Part shown: piece by piece, positions 45,222 through 59,915 of the stretch
How the letters are laid out: each line of letters begins with the position of its first letter
How positions within the stretch are numbered: the stretch's first letter is position 1
Assembly: GCA_964016885.1 (NCBI GenBank)
Contig: OZ024741.1
Coordinates: forward strand, 80,786,001 to 80,850,000
Source: Eledone cirrhosa
Lineage: Eukaryota
Direction of reading: 5' to 3'
Length of the DNA: 64,000 nucleotides
Notes under the pieces: generated by a model
The model's database searches: none
What the model was told of the DNA's origin: nothing
Seen by the model: only the letters and a program-made list of their open reading frames with translations
Made by a program: the position numbers and the translations under genes

Positions 45222-45721
45222 CCCCATCTAGGGAGTTGCTAATCTGAGGATTCTTTACGGACACGTAACCCTCCCATTTTATTTTATTTCTTTTTTATTT
45301 TTATTTCTGCTTTATATATAGTAATAATCTCATTATCTTTCCCCCAAGTTCCGAAGATCTGCTCCATAATATTATCCTATGTTACTTATATTTCTCTGCA
45401 CCAAATCAAACACTTTCTTACCATCGATTGATCCAGAAACATTATATGGAGTAGTGAAACAATTGTAAACTGACATTACTATCCCCTTTCTATATTAAAC
45501 TGCACTTAATGTTGATACTCTGTGGCTAATGTCTTCTATGTGAATTTGTGGTCTTGATTTGCTTAACTACTGAATACATATATATATATATATATATATT
45601 TATAATATAGAGAGGCTTTTACAGGGCTAGAACTGTTTCATTCAGTAGAAATCATCATATACTCTGCTATGTATTGAGTACCTTACTTACTGTGGTTACC
45701 CCCGATTGAACCCAGGATAAA

Positions 45722-45846
<125 letters not shown>

Positions 45847-46127
45847 TAAACGGACGGTAGTCCGTTTAGTAATATTGTTGTGGTCGTGTTTTCGTTGGCA
45901 ATCGTCTGTTTACGACAGTACAGCGCGGCTCTACTTTATTTAACTGAGATAAAACTTATATGAGCATGAACAGTAGATCATTACGCATATTTTGGCTTAA
46001 AAATCTAGAAATTTGGTCCAGCGGGAAAAAGTTTATAATCAAAGTTTGCTGATAAATCTTGTGTTCAAGTGAGTGAGTAGTAAGCGCGACGCTAGGGGAG
46101 GTAATCCAGAAATGACGACGTTTGGAA

Positions 46128-46675
46128 TATGTATATTTGTGTACGTCGCCATATATGTATGTATATGTGTATATGTATATTTGTGTATGTTGCAATATAT
46201 GTATGTATGTGTGTATATGTATATTTGTGTACGTCGCCATATATGTATGTATGTGTGTATATGTATATTTGTGTATGTCGCAATATATGTATGTATGTGT
46301 GTATATGTATATTTGTGTACGTCGCCATATATGTATGTATGTGTGTATATGTATATTTGTGTACGTCGCCATATATGTATGTATGTGTGTGTATGTATAT
46401 TTGTGTACGTCGCCATATATGTATATATGTGTATATGTATATTTGTGTACGTCGCCATATATGTTTGTATGTACGTGTGTATGTGTATATTTGTGTACGT
46501 CGCCATATATGCAGTATGTATGTGTGTATATGTATATTTGTTTATTTCGCGATATATGTATGTATGTATGTGTGTATGTGTGTATATGTATATTTGTGTA
46601 TGTCGCCATATATGTGTGTATGTATGTGTATATGTATATTTGTGTACGTCGCCATATATGTATGTATGTGTGTAT
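46128..46675. repeat. ~42-bp tandem repeat (tgtatatttgtgtacgtcgccatatatgtatgtatgtgtgtata), about 13 copies
   Basis: Visible periodicity. Confidence 0.9.
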
Positions 46676-47200
46676 CGGGCTCACATACATTCTCTATGCG
46701 TGATTTGGCTCAGCTCAGCCAATCAGCGCCAGTAGAAGAGGATATATCCCTACGCGTTAGGAGGGAGAAATAGCCCGCAAAGATTTGAGGACGCTATCAC
46801 TTCCAGGCTAGACCGTGTTAAGGTAAACAACACTTGTTCTTTTGCTCCGTAAGCACAAACAATATGTAACGACAAAACATTACCTACGAGCCTGACCAAA
46901 CGCCTTCAGCCAGTCGCTCGTATTTTCTCTTGTAACCTTAATTGAATTATTTCATTATTCTTGGCATGCCAGCTTAATTCACTTCTTAACCTTTATTAAT
47001 AAATAATGTAAATTCAAGCTAAAATTCGTTGTCGATATTCCTATTGTATCTTTCTACCAAACCTGGTTCCTCGTGGCAACAACACAACAACTCTCTAAAT
47101 ATTCTTCTCCGCTAAATTCGAATTTATACCTAAACCAAATTGGTGACAATATATCTACACCAAATTTGTGACCCTCGACGATTAAGTATGAAAACGCAGC
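46676..47200 (+). mobile_element. LTR-like sequence related to 202-782, followed by PBS-like motifs
   Basis: 46676-46756 closely matches 221-301; tggtgac at 47141 and ttgtgaccctcgacg at 47166, then aacgcagcc as after the first element's PBS. Confidence 0.6.
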
Positions 47201-47712
47201 CTATTTGAATTCGCCAGTCGTTTTAACGGAAATGTGGAGTGGCTTAACATTTGGAATATTCGAATCGGGTTTCTAGACTCGCTTAGCGTAAGTCCATAAA
47301 ATTCATAATATTCCATTTGTTGAAGCACGCGACCTACACAATATTTCTGTTATAACTTTCATGGTAACACAAGTAACTCACGCATACAGACGAACACAAA
47401 AATACTACGCAAAAGAAAGAGTTTTTTCGACGTCTAACAAAAAATTTCTCTTTTGGATTGAAAATTATTATTGCGAGCATAGTTTGATAAAAACAAAAAA
47501 AAAAAGAATTTAAAAAAAAAAAAGAATTTCTCTGGATATAGAATTTTGCTCGGCTTATTCATTTTTTCCATGGCACAGAAATGGAGTATTTCCATTTCGA
47601 ATCAATACCTTTCACTAAAATCGGGCAATTGGACTGATCAAATTCACATTCATGCCAGTTTTTACAAATCGGAGGTGAGCAAAGTGAGACAGGTGCACAA
47701 AAAGAGGGGTGG

Positions 47713-50700
47713 GTGGGGTGGGTGGGGGGTGAGAAAAGTGACCAGGAAGATTTTGATGGCAGAAAATGTACAGAACTTCTGACTTTGGCTAGATTGTGCA
47801 AATTTGGTCCCCCATCAAATTGCCCAGATCCCACTGCACGTCTAAAGCTAGCTAAACGAATGCACAAGGCCATACATGAACTTTCACCTGATTTGACTGT
47901 GTCCCAAATTCGGAAAAAAATGGAAATCTTTGAGCAGTGTAAAGGATTCCATAGGGACAACATCTATTGCATAGGACAGTCTGACTGCACAAATGGACTT
48001 GAACTGATTCGAAGTATGGCTCCTCACTCTCCTCGCATCCGTACAATTCTGAGATGTGTGTACAAAGTGAGATCAGTCTGTGTCTGGCTAGACTCCTATG
48101 ACATTTCAATCTTGGAAGGAAATTGGTCAATGTTTGATGATCTAGTAAATCCCCAAAACATGTCCAACAATCTGCTAAGCCGTTTGAATGAGATAGTGGA
48201 AAATGAAAATGAGAGCTTGCATTCAGAATCCTCAATCATGGCCAATTTTGCATCCATTATCAAACATTTTAATAAAGAGATTCAAAAAATGAAAATCAAT
48301 TCCTGTGACATTTGCAAACAACGAGAATTAGATGCTAAACTCAAAGTCTGGGAGGATTGGAGCCCTTTGACAAATCCCTATCTCCTGGAAACCATTCAAC
48401 AAAACTACTCTCTACCATGTACGATTTGCTCTACATGTAGAAATAGTCTTGTCAAAAAGTCGATACCATCATTAGCTTCAATCAATGGCCTAGAAGTGGT
48501 CAAAATTCCAAATGTGTTGTCAAAGTTGAACATGTATGAGCAGATTTTGATCCAAATGGCCAATTGTTTCATCAATGTCATTAAATTGTCACCCTATCGT
48601 TTCAAAGGTGCACCATCTCATCTAGTAGCTGCTATTTAGCTGCTATTAAAGGAATAGCAACTCACATGCCACTACCAGTAGAAAACACAATCAATCATGT
48701 AATGAAAAAACTTCCATCGAATCAAAATGATGCATTTGAAATAATTGTTGATAGTCTTCCAACTAAAAAGGGCACAATTTGGCGATCGCTAGTGAATATG
48801 CAAAATGTCTTTGATGCCTTGGAGTGGCTGAAAAACAACAATGACATTTACAATGACATTTTGATAGACAGAACCACAAATTTAGAGGACATTGTTACAT
48901 GCACTGGTGAAAATGTTTCCATCAATTTTCCACACATTCTCACACAAACTGGTGCTGAAACAGTCTATGAACACCATACTGTACAGCAAATCAAGCCTGC
49001 ACTCCCAAATCAAAAGGACCTTGAACTGTTTCGCATGAAACGATTTGAAGGTACTCTTCTTCCGGACAATGATCCAAACCTGGATCTGATGTGCTTCCCC
49101 CACTTATTCCCTAAAGGAAAATTTGGAATGATGCACAGGAACAGACCTCATGGTAGAGTAAAGCCCTACATGTTCATCAGAAACAGACTCAGACATGAGG
49201 ACCCCCGGTTTCGTAGAGACATTCAGTACATTCTCTACAATTTGGACAAGGCTGACAAAAGAGCACTAGATTCTGGCATTTATGCCGTAATGAAATCACT
49301 CAAAAGTCCAAAATTGATACTTGCTCAATTTTATAAAAGATTGGAAGACAATGATGAACAATTGGAAAGTGGTTTGTCAATGATGATGGCGAATGTTCGT
49401 GGAACAAAGCCATTTTGGGAACGCAAGTGCTCCGACTTGAATGCCATAGATGAGAAATTCGGTCCTGCCCATTTGTTTATCACTCTTTCATGTGCTGAAT
49501 ACTTTTGGCCAGGCTTGAGGGAATTTTTGGAAAAACTCAATAAAGACATTGTAAATGTTGAAACAAGGCCGATAGAGAATCTCTGTGCAAATGATGTTGT
49601 GGCTGTCAGTGAGTACTTTCACCATCGTTTTAGTGCTGTTTTTCATGATGTAATTTTAAATAAAAAAGGCCCATTTGGGGAAATTATTCATTACTTTTGG
49701 CGACTCGAGTATCAACAACGTGGTGCCCCTCACATTCACCTTAAAGCCTGGGTTCGGGACAGTGTAATTTTTGACAAAGATCCTAAAGAAAAAATCAAGC
49801 AATTTATTGAACGCTGCATTACTTGCCGGCTACCATCTCCTGTGGCCAGCCCAAACTTGGCAAATCTCGTTAGACGGTTCCTAGTCCATACTTGTGGCAA
49901 AGCATGCTGGAGAATAGTGAGGAGAGGGAACAATTTTCGTTAAAAATGCCGTTTTGGTTTTGCACGTGCAGTGGGGCCATTTCGGTTTTTCTCAGTTTCT
50001 GAAAGTATCAAATCACGAAAAGATGGTAATGGGACAAAAAAACTGTACCAATTGGAAAGAAAAGAATCAGAAAAGTACATAAATGACTACAATCCATGTT
50101 TACTTCTAGCCTGGCAAGCAAATATAGATGTGCAATACATTGGTGAGAATAGTATGATTTTGAATAGATATGTCACCTGCTATCAGACTAAGGCTGAAAA
50201 AAAATGAGGCTGAGGGAGTGTGGGCGAATCTGGATCATTCCAAAACAAAATATGGGAAATACAAAAGTGCTGGACTGCAATTGCTTGGGAAAAGGGATTC
50301 AGGAGGGTATGAAGCTGCTGACAAACTTTTGGGGCATCATTTTTACGGGTCATCAGATCATGTTATTTGGGTAGGTGCAGACATTCCCAGTAGGCGCGGC
50401 CGCAGATTGAAATATCAAAATGATCTCGATGAACTGAGTGAACACTCAATGGACTTGTTCTACGAGAACATGGTGGAAACTTTTTACAAAAACCGGCCAA
50501 AATTCCTGGAAGATTCCTCCTTATATGAAGTTGCCAGCAAATATGAGAGGACACAAAAAAAACCTGTTGACAAAGATGTGGCTACAAAAATGAAATTGCT
50601 CAATGACAAGGGGTATTTTCATAGTGTAAAAGAGCGGGTAGTTAAAGCACCGAATATACAGCTCAAAAATGACACAAAGGAACGTTATTACCACAATCTT

Positions 50701-52743
50701 CTAATGCTGTTCAAACCCTAGCGTGATGAGGACAAAGATTTATTGGGGGGCTGCAAAACATTTGAAGAGTCCTTTCATCTGTGTGCAAACAATTTGCCTG
50801 ATATGGTGAATTTTCAAAATGTGAGGAAAAAAATCACTGATGCAGTTGAGATGGGGAAGAGGTTGGAGAAGGAGGGTGAAAAGGAGGGAGAGGTCGGAGA
50901 AGGACGGAGAGAAGAGGGGGAGAAGGAGGCAAGAGATGAGGCTGGTATTGATGTTCCCCAAATTCGAGATGTAGATGAAACTGCTCTACAGACAAAAGAA
51001 ACACAGCTTAATACAGATCAAATATCCATATACAATCTAATTGTATCAGCAATTGAAAAACAGGAATTGCATTGGAATTCGGAAAAACCACTACCAAGGT
51101 GCAGATGTGATGATTGCCCACAATTTCTCAAATTTGTCTCTGGTGTAGGAGGTACAGGGAAAAGTTTTCTCATTGATATAATTTCTGACAAAGTTACTCA
51201 AATTTGTTGCAAGAGAAATGGGACCCCAGTAGTCATTTGTGCACCAACTGGTATGGCTGCTTTCCAAATCAAGGGGACTACTTTGCACAGGCTCTTGAAA
51301 CTCCCAGTCCAACATGGAAAGTCACCATCATATAGGGAATTAGAAAGTGATGAACTCAAAATTTTGCGATCCACTCTAGAGGGTGTCCGTCTGATAATTA
51401 TCGATGAAATAAGTATGGTCAGTCATCTGATGTTGGCATTTATCCATAGGTGTCTAGATGAGATTTTTGGGGACCAGAGTCAAATGACCAGCCCTTTTGG
51501 AAAAATAAATATTCTGGTTTTTGGCGATCTACTTCAACTTCCACCAGTAAATGAAAAAACATGCGGCAAAAAAATGACAGTGAAAACTATTCTGAAATGT
51601 TGGGTCGAATAAGAATAGGATCACCTACAGACATGGACATCAAGACTTTGAGTGAACATTGCCTATTCCCAGATCGCAGGGCAACAATGAGAGAGGCAAC
51701 TGAGAAACTAATGCAACTTTGCACATTACCTAGTCAAAAATTTGTCTGTATTTTGCCTGTCAATGAATCTGTAGATGAATTCAACAAGGAAATGCTTAAG
51801 CATGCCAACATCAGTACAGTTGTAGTTATTGCTGAGGACTCAGGAATGCGCCAGAAAGGTCGTAAAAAAAAGTCAAAGTCAAACAAATTTTCCAAACCAA
51901 AAAAGGCATCAGACACTGCTGGACTTGAGACTGAATTGCAAGTTGGAGTTGGGGCCAGAGTAATGCTGAGACGAAACATTAATTTGGTGAAGGGACTATG
52001 TAACGGTGTCATGGGAACAGTGAAAAGCATGGTCAATGGAAAAAGATGGGAAAATGGGATAAATCATTGTGGAATTTGATCACATGATAGGCAATGACAT
52101 TTCAATAGAAAAGGTGACTGCAGACTATGAAATCTCTCCTGGTGTGTATGTGACACGAAAACAGTTCCCCCTAAGCCTTGCCTATGCCATCACCATCCAT
52201 TAATCACAGGGAATAAGTGTTGATGGGGTCATTGCTGATCTTGGTCCTCTGTTGTTCGCAGATGGAATGGCCTATGATGCACTTTCACGAGCTAGGAAAC
52301 TCTGCAATGTCTATTTGATAGATTTTGACCCACGAACCCTGATCATGTGTGACAAATCTGCTTGGGAAGAGTACAACAAATTGCGTTCTACAACAAAATT
52401 GCCTCCACTTGGACCATGTAGAAATAAACCACCATGCATGGCTTCTGAATCTTGCATGCCAAAAAAACGATCATGGCGAATGTTGAATGTGGACAACCCT
52501 TCTGAATATGCTCCTCCTACCAAAAAACCTAAATTAGCTACAATTTCCATGCTCACTCCCATGATTAGACTACAAAATAAGGAAAATGCCTGTTTTGCCA
52601 ATTCCACACTTCAAGCTATTGCCCAATTGCCCAAACTTTGGGAAACTTTGTTGTCTACCAAATTACTCAGTCCAGTTGTTCAGGAAATAGCAAATATTGT
52701 CAATGATTCAAAAATTGAACTTGCCCAATCTTCACAACATTGA
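47713..52743 (+). pseudogene. Helentron/Helitron2-like Rep-helicase (HUH Rep plus PIF1 helicase), pseudogenised, with C-terminal USP-like Cys box
   Basis: Rep motifs HLFITLSCAE, YFWRLEYQQRGAPHIHL, YVTCYQTKAE; Walker A GVGGTGKS, Walker B IIIDEISMV, FGDLLQLPPV, QFPLSLAYAITIH*SQG, AYDALSRA; several frameshifts and stops. Confidence 0.92.
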
Positions 52744-54473
52744 AAATTGGTCAAAATTTGACAGATCTGACTTCAAACCAGATATGATTCATTTGAACAA
52801 TGTTGGAAATCTTAAATTGACACAAATTTTTGCCAATGTTTTTGCCACCTGAGGTAATTACAAGGGGAGGTAATTACGAGTCTCTCTCTATTATCTAATA
52901 TATTTCAAATTGTATTTTTAACTAAATTCATTTATCATAGTCTAATATTTTAAAAATAGGTTAGTGCTCCACGATGATGACCCATGTCCCCGCCATGTGG
53001 AGGGGATGCTTAGGAGCAATCCAGATATCATGTGACCATTTTTGGTTCGCGGTGTCCACATGATATCTGGATGGCCCTTTATACTAATTAGTCATTTATC
53101 TGCATAAAAATTATACCAGATCATTCTGATTATTGGCTAGAAATCTTTTACAAAATTAGTATGAGCAACTAAGAGGTCATCAATAGAAATAGAATTACTT
53201 TTTGAAGTTTTCATGCACAGCATTTTTTGAGATTTTAAATAAAAGTTAATATCATAATTCTTATTTTGTATACCCACATTGCAGATACAGAGAAACATGA
53301 CAATCCTATATAAAGGTCGTAGACAGCAGTATCAGTTTTTATCCGTAACACCATTGAAATGCACAAGTTTCACCAATTCCCTATTATGCACTAATCATCT
53401 CAAATGCATTCATGATTTGTCATTAAGCCAGTTGCCTCAACTAGATTGCAATTATAATCAAAAGAACTTTAAAATGTCAATCACTTGTCAGTAATTCACT
53501 ATGATCATTTAATTATTAGATAGTTGTTGCTTGCATTGCCTTAAAAAATAGTAGACCAGATAGAAAAATGCGTACAGCAAAAAAAAAGTAATATTGTTGG
53601 AATATAAACCTTTAAAAATACAGGACAAGAACCTAAAATAAAACTTTAAAAGAATAGGACAAGAAACTAAGATAAAACTTTAAAGAATTGGACAAGAAAT
53701 AAAAAATTTTACAATAATATTAGTGGCAACATTTTTTTATTCGTTTCCTGTGCTATGCCCCAGTATCTTCTTGATTAGTGCATAATAATTGTCATGCTCT
53801 CATTGTGCGTTGCCCCTGAGCGGTTGGTTCTGGTTGGGGTTGGTTGGCTGAGCAGTTCTGCTCCGTCAGAATGACCATTGCAAGAAGAATTGGCCGATGC
53901 AGCTGCAGGTCTCCTCCAAGAATGCACTTCTGGTCCCGCAACACCAGACGAAGATGGAGAAGACGACCGGGACAAGATGTCGACTATGACCACCGACTAC
54001 GGCACCTCCCTCAAACACCGGTCCTCCCTCCCTCTGTCCCGTCATCTCTCCAGTCCTCCTGCTCCCCCTTCCTGTACCAGAAAAAAAAAATTGGAAATGA
54101 TGCCATTATGTATAGAAAAACGATGTTGTTCAACAACAGAAATACAACGTCAAACCACCCCTAGTACATTACTATAGAAGATAATTTCAGTGCCAGGAGG
54201 GGATGAAACGTTCGTAAATCACCATTTGTATTAATTGTATTTGGTGTCTATTTTAATGAATAATTTGCTTCTAGTGCAATTGTTATTTTTAGCACGATAG
54301 GATTTTGTATACATGCCTTTTTTGGAAACGTCTTTCAAAGGGGTATGATACATAGCCTTTTGTATTGCTTTTATAATAAATTACTCTATTTTGAGCTGTT
54401 TAACTTCCCCACCTATCTTTATAATTTGTTTTCATATTGTTTTTGTATAAAACTTATTTCTTATATATATATA

Positions 54474-55567
54474 CTAGCAGCAGGACCCGGCGTTGCACGG
54501 GGTAGGAAACGTGAAATAGCAACACGCATATGCAAAGATTGAGGAATGTAGCTGTGTACTTTTTGAATTCCCTTATTCTCAGGGAATGATTGTTCATTTA
54601 CTGGAAACGTAGAACACCAGCAGGCCAAATCCAGTAGTAGCAGTGTCAGTTGGCTGATTGCGGAAATCCTGTATGCGAAAGGAGTAAGTAAGTGTTGTGG
54701 GGCGATGTGTGTCGTAAGTCTGTTCACAAATTACGTCACAGATGGGGAACACACGTAAGTCTGAAGGAGCGACGTAGTCAATTGTGTGAAAACCAAGTAG
54801 GGATGTACGTTTAAATAGGGATATTGAGATGACAAAATCAGCGTGACAATGCAGCTGCAGCTGAAGGGGGTCATAGTGCAATTATCACAAACGCTGGGCG
54901 GCACTGCTTGCACTGTGTTTGCAGAGCAACAAAGGTGCGACAAAAGGGGTCATCGCGGAATTAGCACAACCGCTGTTCGCCATACTTGCGCAGGGCGTTC
55001 ATACTGTGGTGTAGGTGCAACAAAAGGGGTCTTAGTAGAAGTAGCACAGAGGTGAGTTTTACAGTGTCAATAACAAGGCAATGTACACAGGACCCGGATT
55101 TGCGCGTGATGAAAGCACGAAGCGTCAATAGGGCGCCGACAAAAATGTTAAGGTCTTCCTCATTTCCCCGAAAATAGTCCTACTTAAAAGTAAGTGTTAT
55201 GTCCTCTGTTAAATAAACCAAATTTTTAACGAAATATTATACGCTACTTACGATGTTTAAGTAGCGTTTATATTGAAATGAAAATGGCATGTAATGCCCA
55301 ATGCTAATTCGTAAATTTCCTAGAAACCATTAATGGAATCGGAATTTTTTTCTGTCCACAGCAATGCGAGGGGACTAACTAATGTGTGCTGCAAATTTCG
55401 AGGAAATCGGCTGTCAAAAAAAGCCTAAAAATGCCTAAAAAGTGCGCATTGCACTTCAAGAAATATAAGTAACGGATGTGTAAAGTTTGAAAAGAATCGG
55501 TCGGAAGGATTTACACAGACAAACAGACACAGACAGACAGACAGACATCCTCTGTTTTATATATATA

Positions 55568-55571
<4 letters not shown>
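54474..55571 (-). mobile_element. Non-autonomous canonical Helitron
   Basis: Minus strand A|TC...CCCGTGCAACGCCGGG hairpin...CTAG|T; (GACA)n near the 5' end. Confidence 0.8.
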
Positions 55572-55644
<73 letters not shown>

Positions 55645-55648
<4 letters not shown>

Positions 55649-55710
55649 CTGATGAACGACCTAGACGTATGTTAATATTGTCTAGGGTCCTGAAACCTTA
55701 GGTAATAGAG
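55645..55710 (+). ncRNA. Hammerhead-like motif
   Basis: CTGATGA-acgacctagac..gtctagggtc-ct-GAAAC-cttag-GTA; stem I is weak. Confidence 0.55.
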
Positions 55711-55763
55711 TAGTTATATATTGTGTTATTCATTTTCTAATTAAATATATATATATATATATA

Positions 55764-56105
<342 letters not shown>

Positions 56106-56238
56106 CTCTATATACACTCTGCAAACTACAGCCACCTTAAACCTGGAACACGACCCAACGAGAGACGGACCATGTAACAACATCGAGTGCATCGACCAGC
56201 GTCACTGCTAGTAACCACAAGTTACTCACATAATAACC

Positions 56239-56312
<74 letters not shown>

Positions 56313-56319
56313 GAGATAT

Positions 56320-58580
56320 CCACGGTAAGTTGTGGGGTCTAGTCTGCATGAAGAACTCAATGTAATCCATATGTTGAAAATGTTGTAGGTTAAAATAAAT
56401 CCCGGAAAACAATAAAATATTAAAAGGAAAACAGAGTCATGATATAAGTTAAAACAATGAAATAAAAAATCAAGTCATTAGAAATATACTCCACTGCTTT
56501 ACGATCGTTTCTAGGTGATGATAATACATCGTAACTATACTTCGATATCGATCTATGTAAGGTTAGTTACAAAATATCAGATAAAGACTTTCTAAATTAT
56601 CTTCCAATGAAGATATATTTTATAATAATGCACCCTTCTACAACGAGGCCTTAACTAGAAGTGGATATAAAGAAAACATCTCATATATCCCCAACACTAC
56701 TATGAACCTAAATATAAAACCTAGCAAAAACTACAAACACCAAAAAATACCATTGAAACAAATACCTAAAGGGGTTATTCCTATTACACCAAACAACCGA
56801 AGAACCACAACAACTATTACTACACAATCTATGACCAATGTTATCAACTCACATATGAATACCAAGCATTCAAAATTTCATAATCTACCCAATAATAAAA
56901 CCAAATACAACCACGGTAGTTTACCAAATTCCACAAATACGAATACTAACCATAGGAATTCTTTTAGAACACAGCACAATAATATAAATGGTAATAAGAA
57001 CTTAACTAAAAACCGCAAAAGAAACATAACATGGTACAACGCACCTTTCAACCTGCAAACTATTGGACAAATCCCCCCAAAATTCTTCGAAATTCTACAT
57101 AAACATTTTCCACTAAACCACAGATACCACCAACTATTTAACAGATATACTGTTAAATTCTCATACTCTACATCAAACAATCTCCAGCAAAAAATAAGCA
57201 ACTACAACATTTATAAACTTAAAAATAATATGACTACACGACCACAACATAATTTAAATAGGACTGTACCTTTTAAAAAGACAAATAATACAATCCTTCA
57301 ACCTGGAAAACACAACCATCCAAATCACCAACACAAAAACAACAGAACACAAAGTCATAATACAACCCTAGCACTAAACCACCCACAAAGCAACCTTCAT
57401 TCTCCCGCTAACATTAATTACAATAGGAATAGCTCAAGGATTAATGAGAACGGTATAGGTACCCCCATCAACCATCTTACGTATAGTTGTAATTGCAGAA
57501 ATAGAAGCATTTGCCCCTTAAATGGCAACTGTTTGATTAATAATGTAATATATAAATGCACTATGTCTACTACTGACTCCAACAAATCATATATAGGATC
57601 TACATCAAACACATTTAAGGAAAAGATTTTACGCACACTTTAGTAGTTTTAACAATACTAAACTAGCTAACACCACATCTTTAGCTGAAGCAGTAAATAA
57701 CTATAAAAAGAAAAAATAGATTTCAAGCTATCGTGGAACACCATTCTACAAAGAACTCCATATCTTGGGAACAGGAGAGAATGCAGGTTATGTTCAGGGG
57801 AGATCTTGGAAATTACTAAATCTAAGGACGATTTATTGAATAAAAGACAGGAACTGATTATAGTTTGTAATTTAATTTCGTTTCGTTATTTGTTTTTATC
57901 GTCTCCGTTGAACCGGTACGTACTCACGCTCTATGCAAATTAGTCTGCCCACTACTAATTTTCATAGAAAAAGCATATAACGATATGTGCTTTTACGATT
58001 CTCTAGAAAGGCCGGAAGATAGGTAAATATTGCTGATGAGATGTAACAACATCGAAACTAGTTCAATATTCCTTGTCTGGCTTTCTGGAGAATAGAGGAA
58101 AGGTGTTTCCTCAAAAACCAGTATGACTCTAAAAACCGGTTTGTCTGTGTGTTTACATACAGAATAGCTGGACACTCACAGTAAAGTGACCAGTGAAAAA
58201 CTCGGTACATCTACATATGTATACGTGTGTGTATTCATATGCATACTAGTATTTCAGTATACATATGTGGATGTACATTTTTAACTTAATTGTTTAAGCG
58301 TCAGTCATACAAAAGTGAGTTACAAACGAAACGAAATTTAATTTCGTTTCGTTATTTGTTTTTAATTTACTACTAATTTTGAATAAAATTATTATTGCTT
58401 TTGACAACAGCTGGTGATATGCATGTAAGTTAATATTCTCTTTATCTGATATTTTGTAACTAACCATACATAGATCGATATCGAAGTATAGTTACGATGT
58501 ATTATCATCACCTAGAAACAATCGTAAAGTAGTGAAGTATATTTCTAATGACTTGATTTTTTATTTCATTGTTTTAACTT
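56320..58580 (+). mobile_element. 5'-truncated Penelope-like element with inverted pseudo-LTR
   Basis: ~145-bp inverted repeats 56445-56588 / 58439-58580 enclose an RT-thumb/GIY-YIG fragment. Confidence 0.82.
56590..57870 (+). pseudogene. Penelope-type RT C-terminus and GIY-YIG fragment
   Basis: RKRNITWYNAPFN..FPLNHRYHQLFNRYTVKFSYST..CNCRNRSICPLNGNCLINNVIYKC..YIGSTSNTFKE; frameshifted after 57643. Confidence 0.85.
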
Positions 58581-58707
58581 ATATATATATATATATATAT
58601 AACGAAGGAAAAGTGGTAAGGAAACAGGTGGACCATAACGCACCAAAGTACTCAATACTTAGGGTAGTAGAGTGGGTAATAGGAACAAGTAAGACCCCTT
58701 ACTTGTT

Positions 58708-58742
<35 letters not shown>

Positions 58743-58817
58743 CGGCTCGGAAAAATCTCTTTCCTAGAGCTAATTTATTGTAAGAGACTTTTGAGTTTCT
58801 AACTCAATATATGCTTT

Positions 58818-58874
<57 letters not shown>

Positions 58875-59051
58875 TATATATAAAATATATATATAAAATA
58901 TATATATTTTAATCCCCTTCCCCCCCTCCCCTATAATTATTTGTATTTGTAAGCGTGGATGAATGTATGTGTATGTAAGTAGGTATGTATGTTTGGGTGT
59001 TTATATGTGAGTATAAAAATACATATGTGCGCATGTAAATAAGTGTCTATG

Positions 59052-59116
<65 letters not shown>

Positions 59117-59350
59117 GTATGTATATGTATATATATGTATATATATGTGTGTATATATATGTCTATATATAAGTATGTGTGTATGTATATATGTATGTGT
59201 GCGTGTGTATGTGTGTATATATATTTGTAGAGATGTGTGTATGTATATATATATATGTGTGCATAATTGTCTGACTTTGTGTATTTGTTTATTTATTTAT
59301 TTCTTTTTATATATTTTTTTAATATATATTTTTATATATATGTGTGCATA

Positions 59351-59383
<33 letters not shown>

Positions 59384-59466
59384 GGAAAGTTATATTTAAA
59401 TTGTTGGGTTACAGCTAGTAAATATTTATAACTGATATAAAAGCACTCGACAAGTATTTGGAGTAT

Positions 59467-59834
59467 ATTTACAATATTAAATAAATGGAAACTATATTTA
59501 TAAAACCATATTTATTTCATTATATATATTTCAGGGATATCATATTAACAATATGCTATGCCTTCCTCAGACAAAATACAATATAAACAGTTTTATAGAT
59601 AAATAGATTTGACATACCGTAACAACATCGACTTGTATTTGAAAAGTTGAATTGCCAATTCAACTTTTAAAATACAAGTCGATGTTGTTACGGTATGTCA
59701 AATCTATTTATCTATAAAACTGTTTATATTGCATTTTGTCTGAGGAAGGCATAGCATATTGTTAATATGATATCCCTGAAATATATATAATGAAATAAAT
59801 ATGGTTTTATAAATATAGTTTCCATTTATTTAAT

Positions 59835-59841
<7 letters not shown>
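59467..59841. mobile_element. ~185-bp-arm palindrome with hammerheads
   Basis: Centre ~59655; CTGAGGA(59740)-aggcat..atccct-GAAA-t-atat-ATA, with a mirror copy. Confidence 0.8.
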
Positions 59842-59915
<74 letters not shown>

